Made by a program: the position numbers and the translations under genes | In this document: in pieces, positions 30,254-41,391 of the stretch | How positions within the stretch are numbered: position 1 is the first letter of the stretch | Layout of the letters: the number at the start of each line of letters is the position of its first letter | Source of the DNA: an uncultured Actinomycetes bacterium | GTDB taxonomy: Bacteria > Actinomycetota > Actinomycetes > Nanopelagicales > Nanopelagicaceae | DNA: 50,856 nucleotides | Direction: 5' to 3' | NCBI GenBank assembly: GCA_903874255.1 | Contig: CAIQRN010000064.1 | Span: 1 to 50,856 of the forward strand | Notes under the pieces: generated by a model | Databases searched by the model: none | Told to the model about the DNA's origin: nothing | The model's input: only the letters and a program-made list of their open reading frames with translations

Positions 30254-30688
30254 TTAGCGAAATTGTCGAGCAAATCGCGCCAAAGAGATTCGAACTCCCA
30301 CATAGAGACCTGGCTTGATGAGGTTAAAAACAATTCGAGGCGCAAGAACTTCTTCCGACCAATCAAATCTTGTAATACCTGGGGTTTGCTCGTGCAATTT
30401 AAATGTGCCCGTACCTTTAATTATTCGACCTGTATGGATCACGTCGCAGATAAAAGGAGGTTCCCATTTGGTTACCTGCATTGTGTCCAATATTCCAAGT
30501 CGACCAACGCCTGTAAAAGCACTTATCTGTGTTCCTACACCTTCGCTAATGTCAGAAGTGACCCATACGCGAGTTTGAAGCATCCATTGACCTTGATTTT
30601 CCCATTGTGCAATTTCGTTCCATACTTTTTGTATTGGTGCATTAATTGTTAAGGAAATCGCTAAGTGATTTGAGGTTATTCTGAACAT
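30254..30688 (-). CDS. SRPBCC family protein
   Basis: INAPIQKVW...WENQGQWM...DTMQVTKWEPP...HTG; start uncertain. Confidence 0.85.
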   Translation of the reverse strand: MFRITSNHLAISLTINAPIQKVWNEIAQWENQGQWMLQTRVWVTSDISEGVGTQISAFTGVGRLGILDTMQVTKWEPPFICDVIHTGRIIKGTGTFKLHEQTPGITRFDWSEEVLAPRIVFNLIKPGLYVGVRISLARFARQFR

Positions 30689-31209
30689 GCTTGCAGCGCA
30701 CCTTCGCACGTAGTGTTCCAAGAAATTAGCTCGCGCATTCCAGGTTTGATGAAATTTTCTTTTTCTAGGTGATCCACCAATTCATGCAATGGATTATAAA
30801 TTCCAAATGGATCTAGAATTACAACAGGTTTATTATGAAATTTTAAATAACGCCCAACCCAAATTTCAAAAAACTCTTCAAGAGTTCCGGCGCCACCTGG
30901 CAAAGTAATAAATGCGTCAGCAATATCTGTAATCAAAGCTTTGCGCTCACCCATGGTTTCAACCACGTGCAATTCATCATTATCGTGATCGGCAAATTCA
31001 ATATCGACGAGTGCTTGAGGAATAACACCGATGGTTCGCCCACCGCCATCACGTGCACCGCGTGAAACTGCGCCCATCATTGAAATATGCCCGCCCCCAG
31101 TAACTAGTTCCCATGACTTACCGGCGATTGAAGCACCGAGTTCGTAAGCCAGTTCGACATATTTAGGGTCAATAGTTGGCGATGATGAACAAAAAACAGC
31201 AATGCGCAT
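30676..31209 (-). CDS. LOG-family nucleotide phosphoribohydrolase (TIGR00730)
   Basis: IAVFCSSS, GGG..MMG, MGERK, LPGGAGTLEE. Confidence 0.92.
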   Translation of the reverse strand: MRIAVFCSSSPTIDPKYVELAYELGASIAGKSWELVTGGGHISMMGAVSRGARDGGGRTIGVIPQALVDIEFADHDNDELHVVETMGERKALITDIADAFITLPGGAGTLEEFFEIWVGRYLKFHNKPVVILDPFGIYNPLHELVDHLEKENFIKPGMRELISWNTTCEGALQACSE

Positions 31210-31239
31210 GAGAGAAAGGATAGGGGTTAGGCTTGTCCC

Positions 31240-32157
31240 ATGACGACCATCGCATCAGGCCACGGAATCGCAACGGTAGCAGCGGGCAAAATTCTAGACG
31301 TTTGGTTTCCCGCGCCATCCCTGTCTGCTTTATCTGGTGAGCCTGCACGTGAATTGGTAGCGCTAGTTGGAGTTGATGAAGTTCGAGATGTTACGCGCGA
31401 GTTAGTAAGTATTGAAATAGACATTACTTCTGCCCCAATAGATACCGCAGATGCATATCTGCGTTTGCATCTTCTTTCCCACCGTTTAGTGAGACCACAC
31501 GGGCTTTCACTCGATGGCGTTTTTGGATTGCTCAATAATGTTGTGTGGACTTCAGTTGGGCCATGCGCAGTTGAAGGATTTGAATTAACGCGAGCTAGAT
31601 TAAAAGCACATTTTCCGCATGTAACTGTTTTTTCTGTAGATAAGTTTCCACGAATGGTTGATTATGTAATCCCAAGTGGAGTTCGAATTGCAGATGCCGA
31701 TCGTGTTCGCCTAGGAGCGCACTTGGCTTCTGGAACAACGGTAATGCATGAAGGGTTCGTAAACTTCAATGCCGGAACTCTCGGAACTTCTATGGTTGAG
31801 GGTCGCATTTCTGCTGGAGTGGTTGTCGGCGATGGCTCTGATATCGGTGGAGGCGCATCGATCATGGGAACTCTCAGCGGTGGCGGCAAAGAAGTTATAT
31901 CAATTGGTGAAAAAACTTTGCTCGGTGCTAACTCTGGTTGTGGAATCTCCCTCGGAGACAACTGTGTGATCGAAGCAGGAACATACATAACTGCGGCATC
32001 AAAAGTTCGCCTTCCTGATGGTGAAGTTGTTAAAGCTGCAGCGCTTTCAGGTGCGGATAATCTTCTATTTCGCCGTAATTCTTTAGACGGTGCAGTTGAA
32101 GCAATGAATCGAACTGGCACTTGGGGTGGGCTCAACTCCATATTGCACGCCAACTAA
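31240..32157 (+). CDS. dapD: Tetrahydrodipicolinate N-succinyltransferase (actinobacterial type)
   Basis: [43 protein letters not shown]. Confidence 0.96.
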   Translation: MTTIASGHGIATVAAGKILDVWFPAPSLSALSGEPARELVALVGVDEVRDVTRELVSIEIDITSAPIDTADAYLRLHLLSHRLVRPHGLSLDGVFGLLNNVVWTSVGPCAVEGFELTRARLKAHFPHVTVFSVDKFPRMVDYVIPSGVRIADADRVRLGAHLASGTTVMHEGFVNFNAGTLGTSMVEGRISAGVVVGDGSDIGGGASIMGTLSGGGKEVISIGEKTLLGANSGCGISLGDNCVIEAGTYITAASKVRLPDGEVVKAAALSGADNLLFRRNSLDGAVEAMNRTGTWGGLNSILHAN

Positions 32158-33375
32158 ATCAAACCAGGCCGAAGGTATTTTTGTTCGGCTTCTGAAAGTT
32201 TCACCTTTTAATGTGACTTGGATGCCCGAACTTGAAGTGGCGCGAACTTGTGAGACTGCTCCGCTTTCATTTTTCCCAAGGATTTCTAGTGAAATCACGT
32301 CAGGCAAGACAAAGGCAGTTGCAACTATGTTTTGTTGAATTACTCGGCTCCAGGAAACAAAGTTTGGATTTAGAGCCAAATCAAGTGAGCCAGGATCATC
32401 AACAGTTTGCGTATAGTTTCTGGCACTTCCCCAAGCATTAATTGAAGTCTCGGTCTTGCCACCCGAAGATGAAAAGAAATATGCAGTGATCGGTAATCCA
32501 AGTTGTGTAATTGTTAAACCAGTCGTGTTTGTAACTGCACTTTTCCAAATTTGCCCATATTTCTTATCACTTTCTTTGGCGAAACCAATAAACACCTGAT
32601 CGTTTATCTGCCCGTATAAATCACAGTCACATGCCGCACGATATATTCCCGCTTTACTCATTGCGTATGAGCGTGAAGCGATTGCTTGTGCTTCAAGGGC
32701 TGCAACCGGCCAATATGAAGGCATCTCACTCACACCCCATAAATATTCATCAGCTAATCGAACAGAGTTAGTAACTTCAAGGCGATAACTCTTGGTTGCT
32801 TTAACAACTTTAATTTGGATCTGCCCGTAGCGAAATTTTTGTGTTACCCCTGATTGAAGAACATTCACTACAGAGTCAATGCCTTCTAGATAGCGAGTAC
32901 CGCTCCAGCGAATAGTAAATATTCTTGCTTGTCCATAATCGATATTCGCTTTGCCTGCCAATATTTTTGGTTTTGACCCAACTAAAGAAATATTGAAAAA
33001 ACTCTTACTATCTATTGAAGTTAGCGGAACTGCATCTGTTTGGTCGCCTATATCCCCCGCAAACAATTGGATTTTTGCGCCCTTAGTACTAGTTGAAATT
33101 TTGGTGCTAGTTAAAGAATGCCCAATGTTTACTCGAAGAATTTTAGAATCATCTTTGGCCTCAATGGCTACATCTTTAAAGTAGTACTGCAAAATTTCAG
33201 TTGCGCTGCTTCCAGAAAGCGCCATAAATCGTGCCCCCATTTGGCTGAGGCCAACTCCATGGCCATACCCAGAGCCTTGAAAAGTAAACTCAGTTGGTAT
33301 TGCAGCTGCTTGTGCTGCTGGAGTAAATCCTGCAACCAAAAGTATGCAGATTATGAAAGTTCTCAAAAGCCTCAA
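32083..33375 (-). CDS. SpoIID/LytB-domain protein
   Basis: Signal peptide, [22 protein letters not shown]...[19 protein letters not shown]. Confidence 0.9.
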   Translation of the reverse strand: MRLLRTFIICILLVAGFTPAAQAAAIPTEFTFQGSGYGHGVGLSQMGARFMALSGSSATEILQYYFKDVAIEAKDDSKILRVNIGHSLTSTKISTSTKGAKIQLFAGDIGDQTDAVPLTSIDSKSFFNISLVGSKPKILAGKANIDYGQARIFTIRWSGTRYLEGIDSVVNVLQSGVTQKFRYGQIQIKVVKATKSYRLEVTNSVRLADEYLWGVSEMPSYWPVAALEAQAIASRSYAMSKAGIYRAACDCDLYGQINDQVFIGFAKESDKKYGQIWKSAVTNTTGLTITQLGLPITAYFFSSSGGKTETSINAWGSARNYTQTVDDPGSLDLALNPNFVSWSRVIQQNIVATAFVLPDVISLEILGKNESGAVSQVRATSSSGIQVTLKGETFRSRTKIPSAWFDLVGVQYGVEPTPSASSIHCFNCTV

Positions 33376-34373
33376 TGAGCATCACCAATTAAAGATTTCG
33401 ACGAAGTGATAAAACCAATACCCCATGTCATATGCATCGTGAGCAAAATAAATGGAAGTCTCAGAAACTCGGCAATTGATTTACCAATCACAGCCGAAGC
33501 AATAACTATAAAAACTCCGTAAATTATGGCAGGAGCAAAAAGAATTGGTGAAACCAACCATCCGCACATGAGCGATATCGCAACTGCAAGCACAGTAAAG
33601 GGCGGAACAAGATATCGAAAGTTAATAGTTCCTTGGTGGCGTCGTGCAACAACTCTTCGCCAACGTCCATATTCGAAATATTGTTTGGCGAGCGCTTTGA
33701 AAGTTGATCGAGGTCGATAAGTAACAACCAAACGTGGATCAAAATAAATCACACCACCGGCCATGCGAAGTCTGTGATTGAGTTCCCAATCCTGTGCGCG
33801 CGTAAATCTTTCGTCATAACCACCCACCGCCAACAATGCTTCTTTCCTGAAAGCTCCCAAATAAACTGTGTCGACTTCGCCCGCTCCACCACCTGTATGG
33901 AATCGAGCCGCGCCAACCCCCAATGGGCTACGCATTGCTCGTGCAACAGAGTTTTCAAAATGATTGCGGCCTTCGGCAGCCATAACGCCGCCAACATTTA
34001 CCGCACCTGTCTCCAACAAAATCTCAAAAACTTGGCTGAGATAATTTTTAGGAACTTTGGTGTGCCCATCAACTCTTACGATGACTCCGTAACGCGATGT
34101 CTTCACAGCAATATTTAATCCAGCTGCAGTTCGACCAGTTGGGTTTTCAACTACAACCACTCGTGAATCTCGTTTGGCGAGTGCATGTGCAAGTTCTAAT
34201 GTTGAATCCTTAGATGGCCCAACTGCCAAAATTATCTCGGTGAGACCAGCAAAATCCTGCTCGAGAATGGCGTTCACAGCCTCTTCTAAATAATCGAACT
34301 CATTAAGTACCGGCAGAATTACTGAAATTTCACGCCTCGGTGAGCCATATAACTCATTTGCTGATGTCGTCAT
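33372..34373 (-). CDS. Glycosyltransferase family 2 (ExoA-like)
   Basis: VILPVLNE, VRVDGH, DTVYLG, AQDWELN, QYFEYGRWR. Confidence 0.9.
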   Translation of the reverse strand: MTTSANELYGSPRREISVILPVLNEFDYLEEAVNAILEQDFAGLTEIILAVGPSKDSTLELAHALAKRDSRVVVVENPTGRTAAGLNIAVKTSRYGVIVRVDGHTKVPKNYLSQVFEILLETGAVNVGGVMAAEGRNHFENSVARAMRSPLGVGAARFHTGGGAGEVDTVYLGAFRKEALLAVGGYDERFTRAQDWELNHRLRMAGGVIYFDPRLVVTYRPRSTFKALAKQYFEYGRWRRVVARRHQGTINFRYLVPPFTVLAVAISLMCGWLVSPILFAPAIIYGVFIVIASAVIGKSIAEFLRLPFILLTMHMTWGIGFITSSKSLIGDAH

Positions 34374-34409
34374 AACCCCACCACCGTATCGCCCAAGTAG
34401 TCTCTCCCT

Positions 34410-35531
34410 GTGAAAGCGACTCGGCCTATACGAATAATTACATCATTATCTCTGGCTGTCGTCGCATTGTCTGCGATTTCTTGGCTTGGATTGAGCCAGA
34501 TAAGCGGGGCAATAAATCGAGTGGATGTCTTTGGTTCTTTAAATAAGAGACCAGAAAAACCTACAACGGCATTGAACTATTTGCTCGTTGGATCAGATAC
34601 TCGCGAAGGATTAAATGGGCAACAGTTAAAGGCTATGCGCGTTGGTTCAACTGCAACTGCCGCGGGAGCACGTTCAGACACAATGCTTTTGGTCCATATA
34701 AGTAAAGCTCGTGACAAAGTAACAATAATTTCAATTCCACGAGATTCATTAGTGACAGTTCCAGCGCATCCTTCCATTTATGATAAAACTAAGATTTCGC
34801 CTGCATCTAAAACTAAAATTAATGCCGCATTTGCATGGGGTGGCGCCTCACTCTTGATTCAAACTATTGAACAAGAAACAAATATCAAGATCGATCATTA
34901 CGTTGAAGTTGGTTTTGCTGGCTTTGCAAACATGGTTGACTCACTTGGCGGAATTCAAGTTTGTACAAAACGCGATATTAATGATCCAAATAGTCATCTA
35001 ATTATGAGTGCAGGTATACATACAGTTGATGGAATTGAAGCGCTGAAATATGTCCGCACGCGAGATTTTGATGGCATGGGTGATTTAGGACGTATGCAAC
35101 GCCAGCAACAATTTATGAGCGCTGTTCTTAGAAAAGTTACAAGCACGGGAGTGCTTCTTAATCCAATCAAATTAGTAAACTTCTTTAATGCAGCGGTTGC
35201 AACGGTTAAAACAGATTCCGAGTTAAATGAAAATGATCTTATTGTTTTAGCCAAGCAGATGAAAAATCTAAGTCCTAGCAAAGTTAGAACTCTGACGATC
35301 CCACTTGGAAACGCCAATGCACGTTATCCTGGCGTTGGTTCAGTTGTTATTTGGGATTCTGTCCTAGCACCTGATCTTTTCAATCGAATTAATCAAGATC
35401 TCCCAATCATTGATGAAGTAACGCCAACTCCGACGGCATCCTCATCAGCTAGCCCCTCAGCCTCACCTACGACAATTGATAAATTTAAGACTCGTACGGC
35501 CGCTGAAAATCCCTGCGGTTCACTGAAGTAA
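34410..35531 (+). CDS. LytR-CpsA-Psr (LCP) family protein
   Basis: YLLVGSD, RSDTM, SIPRD, KINAAF, DLGRMQRQQ. Confidence 0.94.
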   Translation: MKATRPIRIITSLSLAVVALSAISWLGLSQISGAINRVDVFGSLNKRPEKPTTALNYLLVGSDTREGLNGQQLKAMRVGSTATAAGARSDTMLLVHISKARDKVTIISIPRDSLVTVPAHPSIYDKTKISPASKTKINAAFAWGGASLLIQTIEQETNIKIDHYVEVGFAGFANMVDSLGGIQVCTKRDINDPNSHLIMSAGIHTVDGIEALKYVRTRDFDGMGDLGRMQRQQQFMSAVLRKVTSTGVLLNPIKLVNFFNAAVATVKTDSELNENDLIVLAKQMKNLSPSKVRTLTIPLGNANARYPGVGSVVIWDSVLAPDLFNRINQDLPIIDEVTPTPTASSSASPSASPTTIDKFKTRTAAENPCGSLK

Positions 35532-35540
35532 ACTCCGATC

Positions 35541-36851
35541 ATGAAACTGAAGCTTTCGGTTATCGGTTGCGGATATTTAGGGGCAACGCACGCCGCTTGC
35601 ATGTCTTCACTAGGTTTTACGGTTGTTGGGGTTGATACCGATGCAAACAAAGTGGCCATGCTTGCAAATGGCGAACTACCATTTTATGAACCCGAATTAG
35701 ATGCTTTACTTGCGCAAGAAATTAAAACTGGCCGACTTTCATTTACAACAGATTTTTCCGCAGTACAAGATGCCGATGTTCACTTTATATGTGTTGGAAC
35801 TCCTCAAAGTTCTAACAGTTTGGCAGCAGATTTAACATATGTTAATTCGGCAGTTACACAGTTAGCCCCATATTTAAAAGCCGGTGCAATTGTGGTTGGT
35901 AAATCAACTGTGCCAGTTGGTACTGCAGATGCATTGCGTGAACAATTATCACTTTCTGCACCTCAAGCTGATTTAGCCTGGAATCCAGAGTTTCTTCGCG
36001 AAGGTTTTGCTATTGAAGATACTTTAAGACCCAATCGACTTGTGGTTGGAGTGACTAATGATCGCGCCGAGTCTGTGCTTAAAGAAGTGTATGAACCACT
36101 ACTTTCAGCTGGCGTGCCATGGATTCGCGCTGATCTGCCAACTGCAGAGTTAGTAAAGGTGGCGGCGAATTCATTTCTTGCTACAAAAATATCATTTATC
36201 AATGCAATGGCCGAAGTGTGTGAAGCTGCCGGTGGCGACGTAACCGTGCTTGCTCAAGCAATTGGTTATGACCCTCGTATCGGAAATAAATTTTTGCAGG
36301 CAGGCATTGGCTTTGGTGGAGGTTGTCTTCCTAAAGATATTCGTGCATTTATGGCACGTGCCGAAGAACTTGGCGCTATGCAGGCTCTGGAATTTTTACG
36401 CGAAGTTGATGCAATAAATCTTCGGGCGCGTCAACGAGTTATTGATGTTGTCCGCGAAGAATTAGGTGAAGACTTAACGAAATTTAGAATTGCTATCCTT
36501 GGAACAACTTTTAAACCAGATAGTGATGACGTGCGTGATTCCCCAGCGCTAGATATTGCTGTCCAGCTAAGAGCCGCTGGTGCATCTGTAGTAGTTCATG
36601 ATCCCAAAGGAATTGAGCCCGCTCGAAAGCGCTTTCCGAACCTTGAATATGCGCAGGATCTAACTGTTTCAATTAAAGATTCAAATTTGCTAATGCATTT
36701 AACTGAATGGAAGGAATATCGCGCGATAGATCCTTCCTCAATCTCTCATTTGGTCAAAGATAAAATTATTATTGATGGCCGTAATCTTCTAGATCGCCAA
36801 TTATGGCGCGCAGCAGGTTGGAAGTTTCGAGCATTGGGGCGCACTGATTAA
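35541..36851 (+). CDS. ugd: UDP-glucose 6-dehydrogenase
   Basis: GCGYLG, GKSTVPVGT, WNPEFLREG, GFGGGCLPKD, FKPDSDDVRDS. Confidence 0.95.
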   Translation: MKLKLSVIGCGYLGATHAACMSSLGFTVVGVDTDANKVAMLANGELPFYEPELDALLAQEIKTGRLSFTTDFSAVQDADVHFICVGTPQSSNSLAADLTYVNSAVTQLAPYLKAGAIVVGKSTVPVGTADALREQLSLSAPQADLAWNPEFLREGFAIEDTLRPNRLVVGVTNDRAESVLKEVYEPLLSAGVPWIRADLPTAELVKVAANSFLATKISFINAMAEVCEAAGGDVTVLAQAIGYDPRIGNKFLQAGIGFGGGCLPKDIRAFMARAEELGAMQALEFLREVDAINLRARQRVIDVVREELGEDLTKFRIAILGTTFKPDSDDVRDSPALDIAVQLRAAGASVVVHDPKGIEPARKRFPNLEYAQDLTVSIKDSNLLMHLTEWKEYRAIDPSSISHLVKDKIIIDGRNLLDRQLWRAAGWKFRALGRTD

Positions 36852-36882
36852 TAGTCAGGAGACAATCGAGGCGGTCCTTGCC

Positions 36883-37245
36883 ATGAAGACTTGGGCCATC
36901 GTTGGTTTAGGAAACAACCCAGAACGTGCGGCATTTGGCGTTGCAAAACTTCTTCAAGACAAAGGTCACACAATTATCCCCGTATATCCGCGAGCAGAAA
37001 TTGTGCATGGCGAAAATGGATTCAAAACACTTTCAGAGATCCCGGTACCGGTGGACGTTGTTGATTGTTTTGTAAATTCAAAATTAGTCGGCAAAGTTGT
37101 AGATGAAGCTATATCTATTGGTGCAAAGGCTGTGTGGTTGCAATTAGATGTAATTGACCAAGAGGCGATCGCTCGAGCACAAGCCGCTGGTTTATTAACT
37201 GTGATGGATCGTTGCCCGGCAATTGAATACCGAAACCGAAATTAG
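36883..37245 (+). CDS. CoA-binding protein (YccU-like); may start upstream at CTG 36844 or ATT 36847
   Basis: WAIVGL...AVWLQL...VMDRCPAIE. Confidence 0.88.
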   Translation: MKTWAIVGLGNNPERAAFGVAKLLQDKGHTIIPVYPRAEIVHGENGFKTLSEIPVPVDVVDCFVNSKLVGKVVDEAISIGAKAVWLQLDVIDQEAIARAQAAGLLTVMDRCPAIEYRNRN

Positions 37246-37748
37246 AAACCAGTCTTTTGATTTCTGCGAGCAGTTAAAGTTGCGGTTTTAGCTTTTGCTT
37301 CTGTATTAATCTCTTTCAGGGCGCTGGCGACCTTTGCATTTATGGAACTATCTGAAACACCTAAAATACGTGCAGCCAACAATGCGGCATTCTTAGCATT
37401 TCCAATTCCTACAGTTGCAACTGGAATCCCTGCAGGCATCTGAACAATCGAAAGCAATGCATCCATTCCATCAAGATTTTTCAATGCAACTGGGACACCT
37501 ATTACTGGCAAGGTAGTGAGCGAGGCGACCATTCCAGGTAGATGTGCCGCGCCACCAGCACCAGCAATAATTACTTTAAAAGCTTTGGATTGTGCGGTCT
37601 GAGCAAACTCGACCATTTCCATTGGCATACGGTGCGCTGAAACAACTGCGGCTTCGTAAGAAATACCGAGAGCATCTAATGTTTTTGCCGCTTCTTCCAT
37701 GACAGGCCAATCAGAATCTGATCCCATGATTATTGCTACATCACTCAT
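37242..37748 (-). CDS. purE: N5-CAIR mutase
   Basis: [28 protein letters not shown]. Confidence 0.97.
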   Translation of the reverse strand: MSDVAIIMGSDSDWPVMEEAAKTLDALGISYEAAVVSAHRMPMEMVEFAQTAQSKAFKVIIAGAGGAAHLPGMVASLTTLPVIGVPVALKNLDGMDALLSIVQMPAGIPVATVGIGNAKNAALLAARILGVSDSSINAKVASALKEINTEAKAKTATLTARRNQKTGF

Positions 37749-38853
37749 CGATTTCTCCGCTCATGTATTCAAGGGCATGCATCACTTCTTGTGTTAATTC
37801 TACGAGATTATTGCCGAGCAAATTTACATGGCCAATTTTGCGACCCGTGCGTACTTCCTTCTTGTAATGATGGAATTTAAGAGTCGGAGTTCGGGCCATG
37901 AGATGTAAATATGGGCGGTACATATCGCTCTTTTCCCCGCCTAAAATGTTTCCCATAACTGCAAATGGAGCAGTCATTGAAGGATCTCCTAATGGAAGAT
38001 CAAGAACTGCGCGAAGATGCTGTTCAAATTGGCTCGTGATTGATCCTTCAATCGTCCAGTGTCCAGAGTTATGTGGCCGCATCGCTAATTCATTTATAAA
38101 CATCTCTTCACCTTTTACAAAAATCTCAACTGCCATCACGCCGACTACTGAAATTTCATGTGCGATATCGAGTGCAAGTTTTTGAGCTTTCTCGCTCATC
38201 GCATCGCAAAGCTGCGGAGCTGGTGAAATCGTCATGGTGCAGATTCCATCTCTCTGAATAGTTTGCGTTGGAGCCCAAGTCGTAGCTTGACCATGCGGTG
38301 AACGCGCGACCATAACTGCAATTTCATAGTCAAATTCAATTAACTCCTCAATGAGGATTTTTCCATTTTCGAGAAGAATTTGAGTTAACTCATTGGAATC
38401 ATTGACTTTCCAAACTCCACGTCCGTCATACCCGCCAGAAATTCTCTTTGCAATTACGGGATAGTGCAAAACTTGTGTGGCATCTGTTATTACTTGACTA
38501 CTTGGCGCAGGAAAATCCTTCAAGCGTTCTCGCATCGCCGCCTTGTCCTGCGAATAAATAAAGCTAGCTGAGCTGGGCCGAACTACTACCCCATCAGCTT
38601 CTAAACTCTTAATGATGCTTAATGGGATTAATTCATGTTCAAAAGTAATCACGTCACATTTGCTGGCGAAAGCACGAACTGTTTCTAGATCTTTATAGTC
38701 ACCAACAATATGGTGCGCAATCTGTGCCGCGCTATCGCTTGAATCATTAGCTAAGAGAAGAAGGTTAATTCCAAGAGCTTGCGCTGGTCCAACGCTCATT
38801 CGCGCTAATTGACCCGCGCCAATAACTCCGACTGTTGGAAAGTGCTCGCTCAC
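37741..38853 (-). CDS. purK: N5-CAIR synthetase
   Basis: [41 protein letters not shown]. Confidence 0.97.
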   Translation of the reverse strand: MSEHFPTVGVIGAGQLARMSVGPAQALGINLLLLANDSSDSAAQIAHHIVGDYKDLETVRAFASKCDVITFEHELIPLSIIKSLEADGVVVRPSSASFIYSQDKAAMRERLKDFPAPSSQVITDATQVLHYPVIAKRISGGYDGRGVWKVNDSNELTQILLENGKILIEELIEFDYEIAVMVARSPHGQATTWAPTQTIQRDGICTMTISPAPQLCDAMSEKAQKLALDIAHEISVVGVMAVEIFVKGEEMFINELAMRPHNSGHWTIEGSITSQFEQHLRAVLDLPLGDPSMTAPFAVMGNILGGEKSDMYRPYLHLMARTPTLKFHHYKKEVRTGRKIGHVNLLGNNLVELTQEVMHALEYMSGEIDE

Positions 38854-38857
38854 TGTC

Positions 38858-39616
38858 TTATCGTAGATGAATTATGTCGCCGGCTTGCACATGACTTCCA
38901 GAATCCAATACCAACTCACCGCGCGCTGATATTCCAACAGCGATTCCACTTTCACTCTGATTATCTGGGTACTGGATTTGAACGTGCTTTCCTAGCGTTG
39001 AGCTAAGCGATCTGTAGAGCTCGCCAACAGAATCATCTTCTGCGTCCCAAGAAACAAACAACTCTTGAAATTGTGAAAGCACCTTACTTAACAACATATT
39101 GCGATCAAAACCATGTGCGCCTTCAATCGCAAGTGAAGTTGCATTAGGGGCAGGTAACTCCTCTTTCTCCATTCCAACGTTAATGCCAATTCCAATAACA
39201 ACACCATCACCGATAATCTCTGCAATCAGGCCAGACACTTTTTTTTCATTTATCAAAATATCATTTGGCCATTTAATCCGGGCTTGATAATCTTGAAGTG
39301 ATTGAGCAACAGCGGCTCCTGCAATAAGTGAGATCCAACCCCAATCCTCTTTTTTTCGTTTCGGTTGGATGTAGAAAGAAAATAAAAGTGCGGAATTTTT
39401 TGGAGCTTCGAAACTACGAGACATTCTGCCGCGACCAGCGCTTTGGAAATTTGCCGCTAAAACTTCACCGGGAGTTGCGCTACCAAGCCGCACAAGTTCA
39501 GCAAGGTCACTCTGTGTTGATGCGGTGACATCAACCACGCTTACTCGCCAGTAATGCGTAAGTAGTGCGCTAATGCGCGAACTATCAAGTGCCGCTCTTA
39601 GCATTTCATTGCCCAT
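38858..39616 (-). CDS. birA: Biotin--protein ligase (no N-terminal HTH)
   Basis: QSAGRGR, KWPND, KKVSGL, GIGIN; ATG 39616 is 7 nt after TACGGT. Confidence 0.93.
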   Translation of the reverse strand: MGNEMLRAALDSSRISALLTHYWRVSVVDVTASTQSDLAELVRLGSATPGEVLAANFQSAGRGRMSRSFEAPKNSALLFSFYIQPKRKKEDWGWISLIAGAAVAQSLQDYQARIKWPNDILINEKKVSGLIAEIIGDGVVIGIGINVGMEKEELPAPNATSLAIEGAHGFDRNMLLSKVLSQFQELFVSWDAEDDSVGELYRSLSSTLGKHVQIQYPDNQSESGIAVGISARGELVLDSGSHVQAGDIIHLR

Positions 39617-39634
39617 GACATGTACCGTAGGGGT
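39617..39634. promoter_or_regulatory. Putative bidirectional leaderless promoter (birA / carboxyltransferase)
   Basis: CAT-gacatg-TACCGTA-ggggt-ATG: a TANNNT hexamer on each strand, 6 and 7 nt from each ATG. Confidence 0.65.
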
Positions 39635-41206
39635 ATGAGCCGTGATCTGCATACAACTGCCGGAAAAATTGAAGATCTACGCGCGCGAATTGAGGAAGCG
39701 GTACACGCTGGTTCAGCTCGTGCAGTCGAGAAGCAACATGCCAAGGGAAAGAACACTGCCCGAGAGCGCATTCACATGTTGGTCGACCCGGATTCATTTA
39801 CCGAAATTGATGAATTCGCGCGCCACCGTTCAACGCAGTTCGGAATGGAAAATAATCGTCCGTATGGTGATGGCGTTGTAATTGGAACTGCAACCGTTGA
39901 TGGTCGACCAATTGCTTTGTATTCACAGGATTTCACAATTATGGGTGGCTCACTCGGTGAAGTTCATGCTGAAAAAATCGTAAAGATTGCCGAGTTTGCA
40001 TTAAAAAGTGGAATACCTTTAATTGGAATTAATGACTCCGGTGGAGCCCGCATTCAAGAAGGTGTTGCATCCCTTGCTGGCTACGGCAAGATTTTCCGAC
40101 TTAATACCCGCTCATCAGGTGTAATCCCACAGATCTCTTTAATTCTTGGCCCATGCGCTGGTGGATCTGCTTATTCTCCTGCATTAACCGACTTTACTGT
40201 GATGGTTAATGAAACTTCACATATGTTTATTACCGGCCCCGATGTAATTAAAACGGTAACGGGTGAAGAAGTTGGAATGGAAGAACTTGGTGGTGCGCGC
40301 ACGCATAATGTTCGAACCGGAAATTCGCATTACTTGGCTGAAAATGAAGCCGATGCAATAGATTATGTGAAAGCTCTGCTCTCATATTTGCCTTCAAATA
40401 ATATGGATGGTGTTCCGCATTTACCGCCAACAGAAACTATTGAGAAAAAAGCAACAGACATAGCTCTTGATACGTTAATTCCAGATAGTCCAAATCAACC
40501 GTATGACATGAAAGTTTTGATTCATGCGCTGGTTGATGAAGCTGAATTCTTAGAAGTACATGCTTTATATGCTCCGAATATTATTGTTGGATTTGCCCGC
40601 ATTGAAGGCGAGACAATTGGAATAATCGCCAACCAACCAAATCAACTAGCCGGAACACTTGATATTAATTCAAGTGAAAAAGCCGCCCGATTCTTGCGCT
40701 TTTGTGATGCTTTCAATATTCCAATTCTTACTCTCGTTGACGTACCTGGATTTTTGCCAGGTACAGAACAGGAATGGGATGGGATCATTCGCCGCGGAGC
40801 TAAATTGCTCTATGCCTATGCCGAAGCATCGGTTCCGCTAGTAACTCTCATTACTCGTAAAGCTTATGGGGGTGCATTTATTGTTATGGGTTCTAAGTAT
40901 TTGGGGAGCGATATTAATTTTGCATGGCCAAGTGCTGAGATTGCAGTTATGGGCGCTCAAGGTGCAGTAAATATTCTGTATCGAAAAGAGCTAGCTGATG
41001 CTAATGATCCTGTGGCAACACGAGCTCAATTAGTCGATGAGTACAACGAATCTCTGGCAAATCCATACTTAGCCGCGGAGCGCGGAACAATTGATACGGT
41101 TATCGAACCAAATCAATCGCGCGCATACATAACTAAAGCATTTAGAACTTTACGGACTAAGCGAGATACTTTGCCAGCCCGCAAACATGGAAATATTCCG
41201 CTGTAA
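39635..41206 (+). CDS. pccB: Acyl-CoA carboxylase carboxyltransferase beta subunit (PccB/AccD5)
   Basis: [44 protein letters not shown]; ATG 39635 preferred. Confidence 0.95.
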   Translation: MSRDLHTTAGKIEDLRARIEEAVHAGSARAVEKQHAKGKNTARERIHMLVDPDSFTEIDEFARHRSTQFGMENNRPYGDGVVIGTATVDGRPIALYSQDFTIMGGSLGEVHAEKIVKIAEFALKSGIPLIGINDSGGARIQEGVASLAGYGKIFRLNTRSSGVIPQISLILGPCAGGSAYSPALTDFTVMVNETSHMFITGPDVIKTVTGEEVGMEELGGARTHNVRTGNSHYLAENEADAIDYVKALLSYLPSNNMDGVPHLPPTETIEKKATDIALDTLIPDSPNQPYDMKVLIHALVDEAEFLEVHALYAPNIIVGFARIEGETIGIIANQPNQLAGTLDINSSEKAARFLRFCDAFNIPILTLVDVPGFLPGTEQEWDGIIRRGAKLLYAYAEASVPLVTLITRKAYGGAFIVMGSKYLGSDINFAWPSAEIAVMGAQGAVNILYRKELADANDPVATRAQLVDEYNESLANPYLAAERGTIDTVIEPNQSRAYITKAFRTLRTKRDTLPARKHGNIPL

Positions 41207-41388
41207 TGGGTTTCTCAATCACTAGTGGCGATCCAACGCCTGAGGAATTTGTTGCAATCCAAGTTGCAGTCACCCAACATAAGCGCGAAGAGTTAAAACC
41301 AGTGATCCGCAGAAGTGTGTACGGCTTACCTCAACTTCGCCAAGCTTTGCCCCACCAGATTACTTTCGGCGCACGAAAGAATGCATAG
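41206..41388 (+). CDS. Acyl-CoA carboxylase epsilon subunit
   Basis: ITSGDPTPEEFVAI motif; TAATG-coupled to the beta subunit. Confidence 0.8.
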   Translation: MGFSITSGDPTPEEFVAIQVAVTQHKREELKPVIRRSVYGLPQLRQALPHQITFGARKNA

Positions 41389-41391
41389 CCG

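Noticed and set aside
39606-39652. Apparent overlap of birA and pccB 5' ends
   Set aside because: Over-extended starts; ATG 39616 and ATG 39635 resolve it.
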